Virus record (IMG/VR): IMGVR_UViG_3300020056_000009
From: an uncultured virus (IMG/VR IMGVR_UViG_3300020056_000009)
Lineage: Duplodnaviria > Heunggongvirae > Uroviricota > Caudoviricetes
DNA length: 64,000 bases
Reading direction: 5' to 3' (one strand)
A model generated the notes under the pieces. That model had not been told where the DNA came from, ran no database searches, and saw nothing but the letters and a program-made list of their open reading frames with translations. Position 1 is the stretch's first letter; the number at the start of each line of letters is the position of its first letter. The position numbers and the translations under genes are program-made. Below are positions 10,326 through 19,582 of this stretch, in pieces.

Positions 10326-10370
10326 TTTACTTTAGTAAATTATAAATAGTAGCGATGACAATATCATCGC

Positions 10371-11546
10371 ATGACCCTTTTCAAAAAAGACGGTATGTGG
10401 ATTAGTGATTGGGCTAATAAATCCGAAGGTGATGATCAAGGTTGCCGTCAAAGACAGCGAGAGCAAACTAAGAAAGCCAAAGCCTTAGTTGCCAAGATGA
10501 AAACTCAAGGTTGGAAAATGATTCCAATGAACAAAACCCAACAAGTTTTAATAGATAATTATAAATCAGTTGAAAAAGCCATAGCGAACCATGATAAAGA
10601 TATTAAAAAGAAATGGGGTCAAAAAAAGGTAAAAATGTATTCAAAAAGACCAGTGAATGCCTCAGATTCGTTTTTAATTACTGAAAACATAATGGAGTAT
10701 GAACCTTCAGTTAAAAGTATAGGTTGGGGTGAATTAGGAGGATATTCTGCCCTTCTTAACAAAGGAAACGAATACCGTATTATCTTTACCTATGGTAGTG
10801 ATGATGATGAATCTGGTTTTTGGTCGAAACCCGTTACCCAACTTGCTTTCAAATCTACGGCTTCTAAGCCCAAGGCCAAAGCCCCTGCTCGTAAACCTGC
10901 GGCCAAACCAAGAAAAACTACGACTAACAAAGTTATGACTAAGGCCGAAGCCAAAAAGAAGTTTATTGCTTTGGCTCAACCTTATTGGATTAAGTCCATG
11001 ACTTCAATTAAACAAATGTTTGAAAAAGAAGAGAAAAAATATCCTGAAGGGATGTATGAAGACTGGTATGAACCACCCTCAAAGGTAGCGAATAAATACC
11101 TCAAGATGGCTAAATCTGGAAGGTTTCGGGCTTTAGAATGGGATTACTCTGACTTGGTTCCCGATGGTTTTTATCACCTTATCAATTATGACCGCAACGA
11201 TTATGATACTTGGGAGACAACTGCGGCATATTTTGAAGGACCCAAAGCAACTGCAAAACAATTGAAATCCTTGCTACCATTTATTGAGGGCAAAGTTACC
11301 AAAACTGTGGTTAAACCAAAACCTAAGCCAAGGGCAAAAGCACCTGCTAAGAAGCCTGTGGCAAAACCGAGGGCTAAAGCCAAGGCTCGACCGAGTCCCA
11401 GCCAATCGGCTGCGGCTACTAAAGTAGGAGTCCGAAAGCGTGGCAACGATGGATCCATGTGGGAAGTCAAAAAGAGTAAAAACGGTGTTCACCGATGGGT
11501 TCGAGATTCTAAATCTACCAAACGGGCTGAAGATTATTGGTATTAG
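10371..11546 (+). CDS. basic protein with K/P/A-rich linkers and C-terminal RPSP...GNDG...RW domain
   Basis: TATA at -30; histone-H1-like KPKAKAPA tracts; ends KRAEDYWY. Confidence 0.8.
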   Translation: MTLFKKDGMWISDWANKSEGDDQGCRQRQREQTKKAKALVAKMKTQGWKMIPMNKTQQVLIDNYKSVEKAIANHDKDIKKKWGQKKVKMYSKRPVNASDSFLITENIMEYEPSVKSIGWGELGGYSALLNKGNEYRIIFTYGSDDDESGFWSKPVTQLAFKSTASKPKAKAPARKPAAKPRKTTTNKVMTKAEAKKKFIALAQPYWIKSMTSIKQMFEKEEKKYPEGMYEDWYEPPSKVANKYLKMAKSGRFRALEWDYSDLVPDGFYHLINYDRNDYDTWETTAAYFEGPKATAKQLKSLLPFIEGKVTKTVVKPKPKPRAKAPAKKPVAKPRAKAKARPSPSQSAAATKVGVRKRGNDGSMWEVKKSKNGVHRWVRDSKSTKRAEDYWY

Positions 11547-11582
11547 AAACTTATAAATAGGTGGCCGAAACATAGTTTCGGC

Positions 11583-12083
11583 ATGGATATCAACGAAAAA
11601 TTCCGTAAATACTATGCCGAACAAGGAGTTACGGAAAAAGATGTGGCCGATTTTGACCTTGATTCTTTAGATTATGTTCATTGGGGCAACAATTCCGTAG
11701 CCTTTCCACACTTTTTTGAAGTAGAGGAAATTTCTGAAGTTACGGGATATGTTTATACTGGCAATCACGGCCCAGAAGGTATCCGAGTTACCGCCGCTAC
11801 TTTAGAGGTGGGGCAATTAGACCCCCGAAATGCTAATTATCGAGTCGATCGATTGTTAAAATCTGTCGATTTAAATGGCGTCGAAATTGTTTTAATTGGA
11901 TTATCGTTATCGGATGATAATGCATCTGATAACATCGAAGCCAAAGTTGCTCCTTATGTGCATTGTTTTCAGAGTTTAGAACCGATGGCAAATCTTTTGG
12001 CTGCTTCGTTTGGACCTGTTCCCGTTCATGTCGTCGATTGGGATTTATCCTCTCAAAATGTCATTTGGACTATTCATCAATGA
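11583..12083 (+). CDS. hypothetical protein
   Basis: 166 aa; TATA at -31. Confidence 0.8.
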   Translation: MDINEKFRKYYAEQGVTEKDVADFDLDSLDYVHWGNNSVAFPHFFEVEEISEVTGYVYTGNHGPEGIRVTAATLEVGQLDPRNANYRVDRLLKSVDLNGVEIVLIGLSLSDDNASDNIEAKVAPYVHCFQSLEPMANLLAASFGPVPVHVVDWDLSSQNVIWTIHQ

Positions 12084-12121
12084 TAGTTAAATATAAATAG
12101 CAGAATGACGAATCATTCTGC

Positions 12122-12997
12122 ATGGAAGATCTTAGTCCTGAGTTGGCTGGACTCAAAGAAGAGATCGAATCAGATGCTGGCGTATCTGAAGAAATCAAAG
12201 AAACTATTCCAACTACTGATGGCGTTGCTGATGCAGCATCACAAGCGGCTTCAGCCGCTACCGGAGCCATGAACAAAGCCAAAGCCGTGATGGAAGGTTT
12301 AGAACAACGAGAAGATGGTCTTACCGATGAAACCGAATCGGAAATTAGTTTAGAAGAAATGGCGGAATCCGTAGAATCCGAAGGATCTGAACCAGCAGGG
12401 GAAAGTATTGATTATGCGTCTGCCGAACCTGTGGAAATGGAACCGAAGGTTATGGAACATATGGAGCCTAAGGCTCCATATTCTGCCGAAGAAGTTATGA
12501 TGGCTCAAGAAGCCTATGGGTTATCTTCTAAGGTGGCTCAAATGGTGCCCGCCGAATATGAAACTTGGTTGTTTCCTGCCATCGGACACCCCGGATATCA
12601 CATGGGACAACTCTGTTTAGCCCGTGTGGTAGCAAACTTGGCTTCTGCCGGTTATAACGCTACTTCTCTTGATATCGATCCTGTGGTCTACGCCCGTAAA
12701 ATTCAAATTGCGGCAGCCACTTGGTCTCAAACTCATTATGCTGGTAAAGATTTGGAATCCACTCGTCAAGATCTTACTTTAGCACCTGCTTCGGAAATTG
12801 TTAGTTTGGTTCCGGCTACAGATGTCGCCGTAGGCGACTTAGTATCTTCGCAATTCCCTCCTTTGAGTCCTGAAGAACCCGAAATGGTGATTTCTTCACC
12901 ACCTTCACGGATTCCCGGTATGGTGGCTGTTGGAATCTCAGGATTAGTTTCCTTAGCAATTCCAGTTTATCTTATGCGTAGATGGACAAAAGTATAA
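12122..12997 (+). CDS. acidic protein with C-terminal TM anchor
   Basis: TATA at -30; YASAEP, YSAEE and MMAQE linkers; MVAVGISGLVSLAIPVYLM. Confidence 0.85.
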   Translation: MEDLSPELAGLKEEIESDAGVSEEIKETIPTTDGVADAASQAASAATGAMNKAKAVMEGLEQREDGLTDETESEISLEEMAESVESEGSEPAGESIDYASAEPVEMEPKVMEHMEPKAPYSAEEVMMAQEAYGLSSKVAQMVPAEYETWLFPAIGHPGYHMGQLCLARVVANLASAGYNATSLDIDPVVYARKIQIAAATWSQTHYAGKDLESTRQDLTLAPASEIVSLVPATDVAVGDLVSSQFPPLSPEEPEMVISSPPSRIPGMVAVGISGLVSLAIPVYLMRRWTKV

Positions 12998-13022
12998 ATA
13001 GTAGAGACACGGAGATAATAAC

Positions 13023-13859
13023 ATGGATTTGGACCTCGCCATTCAAAATACTCTTAAGCGTAGTCCTATGGACTCGGCTATGCACGGTGTTTTGAGTTCC
13101 TTTGGTAACTCATACGAACTTAAGTCATACACCGAAAACGGATCTTTGGCTCAACGCCTCTTTGGAGATTCTGTGGGCGTTACTGCCCCCGTAGGAGATG
13201 CTAACCTTGCCAAGCCCGTAGTTACCGAATCCCGAGTTGCTACTTTGGGTCCTCTTTCTGAAGCCATTACTGCTGATGGTCGTGCTTTTGAAGTTACTTA
13301 TGAGCCGGGCACAGAACGATGGACTCTAACTGAGTTTATTTCCGAAGAAGGCTTTGCAGGATTCCTTAACAAATTAATGGGTCGTCCTAATGGCGGCAAG
13401 AAACAAGTAGTTGTTACCAAAATCGGAACTTCTTCTACCCATCGATTCTTAACCGAAGTAGAAACTTCTCCCGTTCCTGAATCTGTTAAGCGAATGGTCG
13501 CTTCTTTAGGAGTTGCTGCTTTAGCCCCTATTGATACCCGTGCTCACCAAGAAGTCTTAAAAACCAATCGTTTTGACGATGCTCCCGATCTTGCGGGCAC
13601 CACCCCGGTTTCTGCTCAATCTCTTAACCAAAGCAATGTTATGGAAATGGACTTGGCTTCCGAATACACCGGTGTCAAGAAACTTCGATCCAATCACTTT
13701 ATGGGCGACACCGTAGTTCCTACCCCGGTATCACATATTCACTCCGGTAGTTTCCGCAACGCAGAAGGATTTAACCAAAATCCTGTCGGACTCCATGTAG
13801 CCCCACCTACTAAGGTAGCGGGTGCAGAATCCCATCGCAAAAATTCGAGGTCTTTGTGA
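13023..13859 (+). CDS. hypothetical (putative virion) protein
   Basis: TATA at -30; FRNAEG and AGAES linkers. Confidence 0.85.
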   Translation: MDLDLAIQNTLKRSPMDSAMHGVLSSFGNSYELKSYTENGSLAQRLFGDSVGVTAPVGDANLAKPVVTESRVATLGPLSEAITADGRAFEVTYEPGTERWTLTEFISEEGFAGFLNKLMGRPNGGKKQVVVTKIGTSSTHRFLTEVETSPVPESVKRMVASLGVAALAPIDTRAHQEVLKTNRFDDAPDLAGTTPVSAQSLNQSNVMEMDLASEYTGVKKLRSNHFMGDTVVPTPVSHIHSGSFRNAEGFNQNPVGLHVAPPTKVAGAESHRKNSRSL

Positions 13860-13894
13860 TAAACTATAAATAGTCGAAAGGAAAAGGTGTTATT

Positions 13895-14884
13895 ATGGAT
13901 TACAACATGGCTCCATCAGGTTTGGAATCGTCTTTTGATGTTCTTACCGAAGAATCAACTTACATGGGTGCATTTGGATTAGTCGCTGGTGCTTTTATCG
14001 GTGGACTTCTTACTATGCTTCCTTTTTATCGCTTAGGTCGTGCTGCTGAACTTGGCCGCACCGCTGCTACGGCTCTTACAGGTGGCTACCTTATTGTTAC
14101 TTCTCGTGCTCGTCCTACTGGCTACGGCAAGGCTATGAACTTTGCAGGCACCGCCCTAATTCTTTCATCAGTTGTGCAAGTAGCAGGTATGGTATCTCCT
14201 CGAATCGGTGGATTCTTGGGACAATATTCTGCTGAAGAAGTGCTTCCTCAATCCGGTAGCGGATCTGTAGTCGGTCAAGAAACGGCCACTCATTCTTATT
14301 CTGATATCAAGAATGCTGAAGATTGGGATACCGAAGCCTCCACCGCTCGACTCCAACAAAGAGGTATGGATGACCTTCCTATGTCTTCCATTCATGAGGG
14401 AGCCCCACTCGGTCACGGAGTCTTCCAAGATTTCGGTGCTCAAGAAGTAGTTACTCCTACTGGTGGTGTAGACCAAAACTTTGGTGGCAGTATGATTGAA
14501 TCCACCGCCGTTATGAACCCTGTGGAAATGGAAATGGGCGATTATGTTTCTGCTGCTGACACTATGGGATGGAATGCTCAAAACCTTGGTCGCAGTAATC
14601 CCCTTACCATGACTACCTATACTCCCAACACACCCCCGGTTAATTACAACGCTGAAGAACCAACTATGGGTGTTGGCACCCCTAACCCTGTTGTGCAAGA
14701 AGTTGCACCTCACATGAAACCCCCAACCACCGCAGATTCTGGAGAATCTTACATTCTCGGATCTCACCGAGTTGTAAATCCTGGACAGCCCATGCAATAT
14801 TATGGTGCTGAAGGCTTATATTCCACTACTATTGGTAACCATGTTCGTGGTGCTGAAGGAAACGGTTCCGTTTTTGGAATGTAA
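13895..14884 (+). CDS. membrane protein with linker-punctuated low-complexity tail
   Basis: TATA at -30; N-terminal TM segments, then YSAEE, KNAED, FGAQE, WNAQN, YNAEE, YGAEG and RGAEG. Confidence 0.85.
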   Translation: MDYNMAPSGLESSFDVLTEESTYMGAFGLVAGAFIGGLLTMLPFYRLGRAAELGRTAATALTGGYLIVTSRARPTGYGKAMNFAGTALILSSVVQVAGMVSPRIGGFLGQYSAEEVLPQSGSGSVVGQETATHSYSDIKNAEDWDTEASTARLQQRGMDDLPMSSIHEGAPLGHGVFQDFGAQEVVTPTGGVDQNFGGSMIESTAVMNPVEMEMGDYVSAADTMGWNAQNLGRSNPLTMTTYTPNTPPVNYNAEEPTMGVGTPNPVVQEVAPHMKPPTTADSGESYILGSHRVVNPGQPMQYYGAEGLYSTTIGNHVRGAEGNGSVFGM

Positions 14885-14941
14885 AACTATAAATAGTGGA
14901 AAAGCAAAAAATAAAATAACCCCCCAAAGGAGAGATAAAAA

Positions 14942-15268
14942 ATGTTGAATATGATTATGAATACGCTTGTGAACCCTACGACCGTTGGAGCCTCACTCTT
15001 TGTAGTAGGTGCTGCTGGACTTGTTGGCGGAATGTTTACCGATGTTTTGTCCTACAAGATTCCTTTCGTCGGTTGGAACCTCGGAACTGTAATGTATGTT
15101 GTGCCACTCGCTGTTGGTGCAGTAACCCTAAGCCGACGCTATCTTGGAATGGATCTTCCTTTCCTCGGTGACATCGCTGAAGAAGCAGCCGCTGAAACCG
15201 GCTACAACTGGGGCGAAGACTCAGCAGGCGGCAGCGGAAACGGTGTCCCAACTTACTACGGTAGTTGA
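14942..15268 (+). CDS. small membrane protein (paralogue of 15306..15896)
   Basis: TLVNPTTVGASLFVVG..FTDVLSYK resembles TLVNEYTVGGSLLLVG..FADILSYR; GGAG SD. Confidence 0.85.
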   Translation: MLNMIMNTLVNPTTVGASLFVVGAAGLVGGMFTDVLSYKIPFVGWNLGTVMYVVPLAVGAVTLSRRYLGMDLPFLGDIAEEAAAETGYNWGEDSAGGSGNGVPTYYGS

Positions 15269-15305
15269 GTTCGCTAACGAATAACAAATAATATGGTGAT
15301 AGAAG

Positions 15306-15896
15306 ATGAATTTGCGAAGCACTCTTGTTAATGAGTATACTGTCGGCGGTTCTCTCCTTCTCGTTGGATTTGGATTCTTTAGCACTCGCTTTGCCGATAT
15401 TCTATCTTACCGTGTTACCACACTCCCCTCAATGATTCCTGTTGTCGGTGGAAAAGTAGTTACTGTTGGACGCATCTTAGGAGTAGTTCCCGCCACACTT
15501 GGTTTGGCAGTTCTTTTCCGTAAGGCTCGTGAAGTGCCTGTAATGTCTGACCTTGAAAACCTACCTCTCGTCCGAACCGTTGTAAATTATGTTGATGATG
15601 TCGCAGAAGATGTCTCTTCAGAATTAGTTTTGCAACCTAAAAACATTACTATCGATCTAAGTGCCGAAGATTTTGATGCTGAACAAGCCCTTCTTTGTGC
15701 TGAGCACGATGATTACTTTTCCGCTTGCGGTTGTGAAAAGGCCGTTGAAGAAGTAGCCTCTGAAACTGAAGTCAAGTCAGCAGAAGTTAAGGGAACTTCC
15801 GGTTCTCCTAAGCAACAAGCATGGCGAGCCTGTGTCCGAGATGCTAAGGGCGACATGGCTGAAGCCAAGCGAATGTATAAATCTATGGGCTATTAA
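15306..15896 (+). CDS. membrane protein with C-terminal basic helical module
   Basis: N-terminus paralogous to 14942; LSAEDFDAEQ and VKSAE linkers. Confidence 0.85.
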   Translation: MNLRSTLVNEYTVGGSLLLVGFGFFSTRFADILSYRVTTLPSMIPVVGGKVVTVGRILGVVPATLGLAVLFRKAREVPVMSDLENLPLVRTVVNYVDDVAEDVSSELVLQPKNITIDLSAEDFDAEQALLCAEHDDYFSACGCEKAVEEVASETEVKSAEVKGTSGSPKQQAWRACVRDAKGDMAEAKRMYKSMGY

Positions 15897-15907
15897 GGGG
15901 GATTCCC

Positions 15908-16129
15908 TTGATTAACAACCCTGTGGCCTATTATCAAGAAATGGGCTTTACCTCCCTTGATTCTATTGTTTACTCTACGGCACTCGTCGGATCTTTAGGC
16001 GGTCTTCTTGGAATTGCTCAAGGCGTCCGCTTTGGTAAACTCAATCAAATTATTGCTTTTTCTATTATGACTGTTGGTTCTCTTTATGGAGCCAAAAAAG
16101 GTCTTGATATTGCTAATAAAAACTATTGA
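15908..16129 (+). CDS. small membrane protein (2 TM)
   Basis: TTG start after a GGGGGA SD; hydrophobic. Confidence 0.7.
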   Translation: MINNPVAYYQEMGFTSLDSIVYSTALVGSLGGLLGIAQGVRFGKLNQIIAFSIMTVGSLYGAKKGLDIANKNY

Positions 16130-16208
16130 CCCTTACCCCCAATGCAAAAGTTTATATAGTCAAAAATACCATTAGACTTTAGCCATTATAGGCAAGGATA
16201 AGATAAAT

Positions 16209-16856
16209 ATGTCAATGAGAAGCCAAGTATATGAATGGAGTAACCTACAAGCAAGTAGTAACCAACTACGACGCACATCAGCCGATGCACCTGTCGCACT
16301 CACCGCAAACCGTGAGTATGACCTGTTCACTGGTGGCGTAGGTAACAACATTACCAAGCCCGCCGAAACGACCGCCACCCAATTCATCGTAATTGAGGAC
16401 ATCGCTGCATCACCTGTTATTGGTAGTGCTGTGCAAATCCGTATCAACACCACGGATTACTTCCAAAACCCCGATGTTACCGATATGCTCGGTATTCCTG
16501 GATTGGCAAGCCCATACCCCCGTGGTTCACCTTCCTCAGTCGATACGACTGTAGTGGGTGCCACCTCTGCAGGTTCAGAAAACATCCTAAAGTCTTTCGA
16601 CCTTTACCCCGATGTTTATGTCCTCCCAGGTCAAACCTTCCAAATCCTTTACACCTCCCGTGACGGAACGACTGCCACCACGACTGAGATCGTATCTTGT
16701 TTCCTCAAGTATACCCTCTACGATGGTCCAGACGCTCTAATCGCCAACAAGTTGCTCGAACTTGGTGTCACCATCAACCCAAACAATGTTGATTGGTATA
16801 AGCGAAGCCTCATCGAACAACAACAACGCTCCCGTGTCGCTGGAGGTCAAGCCTGA
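16209..16856 (+). CDS. putative major capsid protein A (beta-rich, possibly single jelly-roll)
   Basis: Tandem paralogue of 16895..17524 (MSMRSQVYEW, NNITKPAETTAT, LYPDVYVLPGQ, KYTLYDGPDALIANKLLE). C-ending codon bias suggests high expression. The fold is inferred. Confidence 0.6.
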   Translation: MSMRSQVYEWSNLQASSNQLRRTSADAPVALTANREYDLFTGGVGNNITKPAETTATQFIVIEDIAASPVIGSAVQIRINTTDYFQNPDVTDMLGIPGLASPYPRGSPSSVDTTVVGATSAGSENILKSFDLYPDVYVLPGQTFQILYTSRDGTTATTTEIVSCFLKYTLYDGPDALIANKLLELGVTINPNNVDWYKRSLIEQQQRSRVAGGQA

Positions 16857-16894
16857 TTCCGACACGGAATTAATTAATATAGGAGTTGAAAAAT

Positions 16895-17524
16895 ATGTCA
16901 ATGAGAAGCCAAGTATATGAATGGGACGCAAGCCGTGGAACTGCAATGAATCCTGCCACTCAAGTTGGAAAGCGACTTTCCATCTTCGTCGGTGGTGCAG
17001 GTAACAACATTACCAAGCCTGCTGAAACAACCGCAACCGAATTCGTCGTTATCGAAGATATCGCAGTAACACCTACCCTCGGTGTTCACTCCGCTGTCAC
17101 CGACGGCACCGAAATCCGTGGTCTCCGCTCCAGCGGCGGTATCGCAGGTCCTCGTGCCTATGTCCAAGTCCGTATCAACACGACTGACTACTTCCTCGAC
17201 CCAGATAACATCCCCAACGATGGTATCCCTGGTGCAGGTTCACCTTACCCACGAAGCATCAACTTCCAACCTTCCTTCAACCTATACCCCGATGTATATG
17301 TGTTGCCAGGTCAAGTTTGGGACGCTCTCGTAACCTTCTACAACAGCGGTGCTTTCGCAACCACGACCTCCGCTGCTGTCGGTGAACTACAATGTTTCGT
17401 CAAGTATACGCTTTACGACGGTCCTGACGCCCTCATCGCCAACAAGTTGTTGGAAATGGGTATCTCGATCAACCCAGGCAATGTAGACTGGTATAAGCGT
17501 TCTCTCCTTCAAGCACAAGCCTGA
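16895..17524 (+). CDS. putative major capsid protein B
   Basis: ATG at 16895 after an AGGAG SD; near-identical termini to 16209..16856; strong C-ending codon bias. Confidence 0.6.
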   Translation: MSMRSQVYEWDASRGTAMNPATQVGKRLSIFVGGAGNNITKPAETTATEFVVIEDIAVTPTLGVHSAVTDGTEIRGLRSSGGIAGPRAYVQVRINTTDYFLDPDNIPNDGIPGAGSPYPRSINFQPSFNLYPDVYVLPGQVWDALVTFYNSGAFATTTSAAVGELQCFVKYTLYDGPDALIANKLLEMGISINPGNVDWYKRSLLQAQA

Positions 17525-17525
17525 A

Positions 17526-17603
17526 GGCGAAACTAACGCCCCACCACCTGCTAAGGTCCTCCGATGAAGCATAGGTAGCCGAAAGGCTACACAAATGCAG
17601 AGG
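17526..17603 (+). other. structured 3' UTR/intergenic RNA element after the capsid-like genes
   Basis: GGCG/CGCC hairpin; nested CCTC/GAGG, GCAT/ATGC and GTAGCC-GAAA-GGCTAC (GNRA loop). Confidence 0.55.
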
Positions 17604-17630
17604 TAGATCTTAAGCCCCTGAGGTGATTAA

Positions 17631-17822
17631 GTGGTCTCGTCTGCTACGATTGGTCTTGGACTTATTGTTGTGGGAACAACCATTACGGTTATTCACGCCG
17701 ATAAAGTCTTGAGTCTAACGGATAGTCGTCGAAAACACCTATCATACGCCCTTTGTGGAGTGATATTGTTTAACATCGGTAATAATTTGATTGCTGATAG
17801 TTTACACGATAGGTATAAATAG
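17631..17822 (+). CDS. small membrane protein (2 TM)
   Basis: GAGGTGA SD, GTG start, two hydrophobic segments. Confidence 0.7.
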   Translation: MVSSATIGLGLIVVGTTITVIHADKVLSLTDSRRKHLSYALCGVILFNIGNNLIADSLHDRYK

Positions 17823-17843
17823 GACTGAATCTTAGCATTCAGT

Positions 17844-18656
17844 ATGTTTTCGGTGATCATGCCGCTTTATCAGGTTCATCCTGATTTAGTTAGGAAATCC
17901 ATAGGCTCGGTCTTTGAGCAAACCCACGATGATTGGGAACTAATTGTAGTTGATGCCACCCCGTTAGATTGGGAACATTATTCCGAGTTAGTAGAAATCT
18001 ATGATTTCTTTGGAGTTAATCCCCTTCGTCAAACAGGCCGAGGCGTTAGCCAAGCCCGTAATCAAGGCGTAATTGCTTCTCAAGGAGATTACATAGCCTT
18101 TCTTGATGGCGATGATTGGTGGTATCCTACTTACTTAGAAGAAGTAGATCTTGCTTATCCTGAAGCCGATGTTACTGTCACTAAAGGTGATTGTCACCGA
18201 GTTTTAAACTCTCTTCAAACCGGAGAGTCTGAACTATGGCCGATATTTGTTAATCACCATGAATTAATTTCTCGCTTTGCCGAAGAAAACCATATGGTAT
18301 GGTTTATGTATCGTCGTCCCTTATGGTTATCAGGAATTACTCTCAAAAAGGAATTATTCCGAGAGTTTAAAGAACATCTCACTCTTTGGGAAGATACCGA
18401 GTTTTTACTTCATGTCTTTAGCAACCGACCCCGCACCGAAATTATTGATGAAGCCTTATGGTATTATCGAATCCACGAAAATTCTTCTACCAATCTAACG
18501 GCCTCACAAACCCCCGGGATTTCTGAAGATATTGATGACGAAGGACGCCGATTAGTTAATGAAACTTATCTTAAAACATATCGTCCCTCAGATCTATCCA
18601 TAGATTTATATGAGTGGGCGGTTTTCAAATTAAAAGGAGGAATCATTGATGTTTGA
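17844..18656 (+). CDS. glycosyltransferase family 2
   Basis: FSVIMPLY, WELIVVD, GVSQARNQG, YIAFLDGDD (DxD) and WED motifs. Confidence 0.92.
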   Translation: MFSVIMPLYQVHPDLVRKSIGSVFEQTHDDWELIVVDATPLDWEHYSELVEIYDFFGVNPLRQTGRGVSQARNQGVIASQGDYIAFLDGDDWWYPTYLEEVDLAYPEADVTVTKGDCHRVLNSLQTGESELWPIFVNHHELISRFAEENHMVWFMYRRPLWLSGITLKKELFREFKEHLTLWEDTEFLLHVFSNRPRTEIIDEALWYYRIHENSSTNLTASQTPGISEDIDDEGRRLVNETYLKTYRPSDLSIDLYEWAVFKLKGGIIDV

Positions 18657-19548
18657 TGTAATCATTCCTATTTACAAAATTACTCCTGATTTACTTAATC
18701 GTTGTTTAGAATCTATCAACAACCAAGATTTCTTTGATTATGAGGTTTTTGTGGTTGATGGCACACCAGAAAATTGGGAATTTTCTGAAGAATGTCGAAA
18801 CTTAGTAGCCCATTACAATTTTAATTATGTTCGCCAAATTGGAACCGGAGTATCTCAAGCCCGTAATCAAGGCGTATCTATGGGAACTAATCCTTATATT
18901 GCTTTTCTTGATGGTGATGATTGGTGGTATTCCGAACACCTTTATGAATTATCTCTTTTAATCGATCGTTGTCCTATCGACAACAATTATGTTATGTGGT
19001 GGAATCCAATGGACACCATTATTGTTATGGAAACCACTAAAAATAAATTTGAATCTCATAAATATTGTAATTATTTTAGTAACCATGCCGAGTGGCCCCC
19101 TTCGGCCCATGGTATTTGGATTATGCGTCATGCTGTTTTTCCCTCTTCGGTAGCCGTATCTCGTTCTCGATTTTTAGAAGTCGGAGGATTTCCCGAAGAC
19201 CTTTATGCTGGAGAAGATACAACTTGTTGGGTCTTAATGTTGGGAGATAATCGTCAAACTGATAAAGTTTTCCTAACCGCACAATCTGATTTCGTAGGTG
19301 CTTTTCACGATTTACAAGGAGATATTCATGGTGGAGTAAAAGGTTTTTTCCAAAAAGGACAAAATCCCTGTCAAGATCTTTGGGGTTCGGACGCAGAAGA
19401 AAAGTTCCAAGAAAATATGATGGCTCGTGAAAAATATATTCGCTTAAATCCTGAGGTTCGCCCTCAAGGAGTTACGGAAGAAGAATGGCAAGGATTAATC
19501 GGCACCAGTCATATTTTTGGTTACTCTGGAGTTGTTTATGATAACTGA
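18646..19548 (+). CDS. glycosyltransferase family 2
   Basis: FDVIIPIY, GVSQARNQG, YIAFLDGDD and GGFPEDLYAGED motifs. Confidence 0.92.
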   Translation: MMFDVIIPIYKITPDLLNRCLESINNQDFFDYEVFVVDGTPENWEFSEECRNLVAHYNFNYVRQIGTGVSQARNQGVSMGTNPYIAFLDGDDWWYSEHLYELSLLIDRCPIDNNYVMWWNPMDTIIVMETTKNKFESHKYCNYFSNHAEWPPSAHGIWIMRHAVFPSSVAVSRSRFLEVGGFPEDLYAGEDTTCWVLMLGDNRQTDKVFLTAQSDFVGAFHDLQGDIHGGVKGFFQKGQNPCQDLWGSDAEEKFQENMMAREKYIRLNPEVRPQGVTEEEWQGLIGTSHIFGYSGVVYDN

Positions 19549-19582
19549 TAAGTATTTATTAGTGGTGTCGTAATAAAGTCTT

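Noticed and set aside
17558..17603. Hammerhead ribozyme (CCGATGA...GAAA)
   Set aside because: The core is CCGAUGA rather than CUGANGA, and the GAAA is a hairpin tetraloop rather than a junction strand.
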